Source: Craspedostauros australis (lineage: Eukaryota). Taken from it: 57,032 nucleotides of DNA. The notes under the pieces were generated by a model, which had not been told where the DNA came from, searched no databases, and worked only from the letters and a program-made list of their open reading frames with translations. The DNA lies in assembly GCA_030167865.1 (NCBI GenBank), contig JALAGF010006241.1, positions 1 through 57,032 of the forward strand. Reading direction: 5' to 3'. Positions 54,877 to 57,032 of the stretch are shown here, one piece after another. The first letter of the stretch is position 1, and each line of letters starts with the position of its first letter. The position numbers were made by a program, and so were the translations under genes.

Positions 54877-55569
54877 GAGAGAGGAAGAGAGACGAGAAGT
54901 GTTACACAAGTGTGTGGGTGCAGCAAAGAGGAGGCAGTGTGCAACTTCACGAATAGCCACATTCGCATGACAAGCGAATTGAGGAAGATGCGAGAACAAG
55001 AACTTGGGAGAAAGAAAGAAAAAGAAGAAGCGCCAGAAAGAAGGTTGCACCGTGACTCAAATGGTATCTTGGGTGTCAACGCTGTTTCAACGCGATCATT
55101 CAGTCAGTCCCGCGAAAAGATGGAATCCAGAACGGAATTTGACAGATGTCGCTCGACGCTTCGAAGCAACGACATGGCACACACACCACCCACAGCTGCT
55201 TCTCTCCTCTGCGATCTCAATCGTATTCCGATCTTCTCCCTCTCTTCGTTTTGTTCTGGGCGCTCACACGAAGAGAGCATCCTCATCGTCGCTCCGCCGT
55301 ATCCTTGACATCAACGCCATCAACACTATCACCACCGTCATTTCCGAGGTGACACCTCTTTGAAATTGGCCTTCTCGTCGGCGACTGTCTCCACACATTT
55401 ATTGATGGATTGGAGGCAGACAGCACAACAGCACAGATACCCAACACCTCCCACAATTCGCAGCAACTCACATCAAATCACATCAATTCACATCAACTCG
55501 CATCAACGCGCAACCAAGCTTCCATCCTCGAACACCTTCACAACTGAAGACTAAAGGCTGAGGACGACA

Positions 55570-56472
55570 ATGACTGACGCAGCGGAGAGAACAAAAGCAG
55601 ATCAGCCCAGACCATTCCTCAAGGATCCATCCTTCGACAACCAGACCATCGTCATTACGGGCGCAGGAGGACAGTTCGGCCGCGAAGGCTGCCAGTACTT
55701 CTACCGTCAAGGATGCAACGTCGTTGCGCTCGACAACAACACCAAAGCGCTGGAAGAAACGAAGGCATCCATTGATGATGGCAACAACGACGCTCGTTTC
55801 ATTTCCATCACGTGCGATGTGACCAGCGAAGAAAGCGTCGATGGTGCCATCCAGCAGACCGTGGACAAGTTCCCCAGTGGGATCCACTTCCTCTGGAACA
55901 ACGCCGGCTACCAAGGACAGATCGCGCCAACGTTGGATTACCCTGTCGACGATTTCCGACGCGTCCTCGACATCAACGTCACCGGCATGTTCACGGTCCT
56001 CCAGCGCGTCGCCAGACAGATGACCAAGCAACAAGCCCAGCAAGGCCAACAAGGCCAACAATCCTCTTATGCCATCGTCAACACCGCCAGCGTCGCTGGA
56101 TTGCGAGGAACGCCAGCAATGATCGCGTACGCATCATCCAAGGCNGCTGTNCTGGCAATGACCGTGTCATCATCGAAAGATCTGGCACCGCACGGCATCC
56201 GTGTCAATGCCATCTCTCCCGCGCTCATCGGTCCAGGATACATGTGGGATCGTCAGAATGAGCTGCATGCCGATCGTGCGTCTCCGTACTTCGCGAATGA
56301 TGCGACGACGGTGGCGCGGAACAAGATCAGCGGCGTTCCGATGAAGCGGCTGGGTAGCATCGCCGAGGTGGTTCAGTCTGTGTCGTACCTCCTGAGCCCA
56401 CTGCAGTCGAGCTACACAACCGGTACGAACGTGGTGGTGGATGGTGGAATGAGCTCTGGTTTGAAGTGTTAG
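55570..56472 (+). CDS. Classical NAD-dependent short-chain dehydrogenase resembling bacterial xylitol/polyol dehydrogenase
   Basis: TGAGGQFG, an Asp at the end of beta2 (VALDNN, NAD preference), CDVTSEESV, NNAGYQG, NTAS, catalytic YASSK, IRVNAISP, PMKRLG, VVDGG. Intronless. Confidence 0.92.
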   Translation: MTDAAERTKADQPRPFLKDPSFDNQTIVITGAGGQFGREGCQYFYRQGCNVVALDNNTKALEETKASIDDGNNDARFISITCDVTSEESVDGAIQQTVDKFPSGIHFLWNNAGYQGQIAPTLDYPVDDFRRVLDINVTGMFTVLQRVARQMTKQQAQQGQQGQQSSYAIVNTASVAGLRGTPAMIAYASSKXAXLAMTVSSSKDLAPHGIRVNAISPALIGPGYMWDRQNELHADRASPYFANDATTVARNKISGVPMKRLGSIAEVVQSVSYLLSPLQSSYTTGTNVVVDGGMSSGLKC

Positions 56473-57032
56473 GTGGAAAGAAGGGAGCGGGACCTGCAGA
56501 ATGCAGAACGGATAACGGATACCGGGTGAAAGAATGAAGGTGTACAGGAATGCAAAAGCCATCGATCGTCGCTGCGGCGAGGGGTCATCGGAAAGCGGCA
56601 GCGGTGACATTGTTTGGAGAGAACGGCGGATGTTGGTGTCGGATTGTCTGCAACAGTCGGCTTTTCATTGAAATCAGGGCCAAAATAATGAAAATGAGCA
56701 TGATGACTGATCATCATGATGTCTATTTAGATATTCCCACTGCGCCGTACAAATGCTAGCACAACATGCATGCTGACGACAGCGCCACCCCATCATCAAC
56801 GGCTGTCCTCGCACGAAGTGTAACACCCTCTGATCCGTTGCTGTCACCCAGATTTTCCGGCGCTACCCTCTTCTTCAATTTCGCCTCCCTCAATCCATCC
56901 AACGATTAAGGTCTGCCATTGTAATCGTAGTGCCATACTTATCATGGCGTGCGTGCGGATTCCAAGTATCATCCAACATCGTCATGTACTCACTTAGCAT
57001 GGGCGAACGATCGACCGGAAATGACACCAACA

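Noticed and set aside
1..57032. CRISPR arrays, tRNA/rRNA genes, transposons or a prokaryotic operon
   Set aside because: By eye I saw no repeat-spacer pattern, cloverleaf or rRNA signature, RT/transposase ORF or terminal repeats. The bacterial-like domains sit in or among intron-containing eukaryotic genes, which argues against contamination. Small ncRNAs cannot be excluded without an Rfam or tRNAscan run.

Overview
Gene-dense eukaryotic nuclear DNA with short GT-AG introns. It is most likely from a diatom or related heterokont alga, given the textbook ASA-FAP bipartite plastid presequence on LysA and a signal-peptide-bearing, SELMA-type ubiquitin E1. I read 16 protein-coding genes: ankyrin-repeat protein (5'-truncated), receptor-like PARP, PRP8, RPA43, EDR2_C protein, aldo-keto reductase, CRAL-TRIO protein, HDAC-family deacetylase, patatin, MSH4, UBA1, FLVCR-like MFS transporter, LysA, an unknown membrane protein, a beta-propeller lactonase and a xylitol-dehydrogenase-like SDR. 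I found no RNA genes, transposons or CRISPR arrays. The standout is the two-exon gene at 1306..6307 (-). It encodes a single-pass membrane protein with a signal peptide, a bacterial TauA-like solute-binding domain, CUB/EGF modules, a TM helix and a cytoplasmic WWE + SH3-like + mono-ADP-ribosyltransferase (PARP) tail, i.e. a candidate ligand-sensing 'receptor ADP-ribosyltransferase'. All family assignments come from motif recognition by eye and recalled reference sequences, and no searches were run. Exon boundaries were inferred from GT/AG sites and frame continuity.
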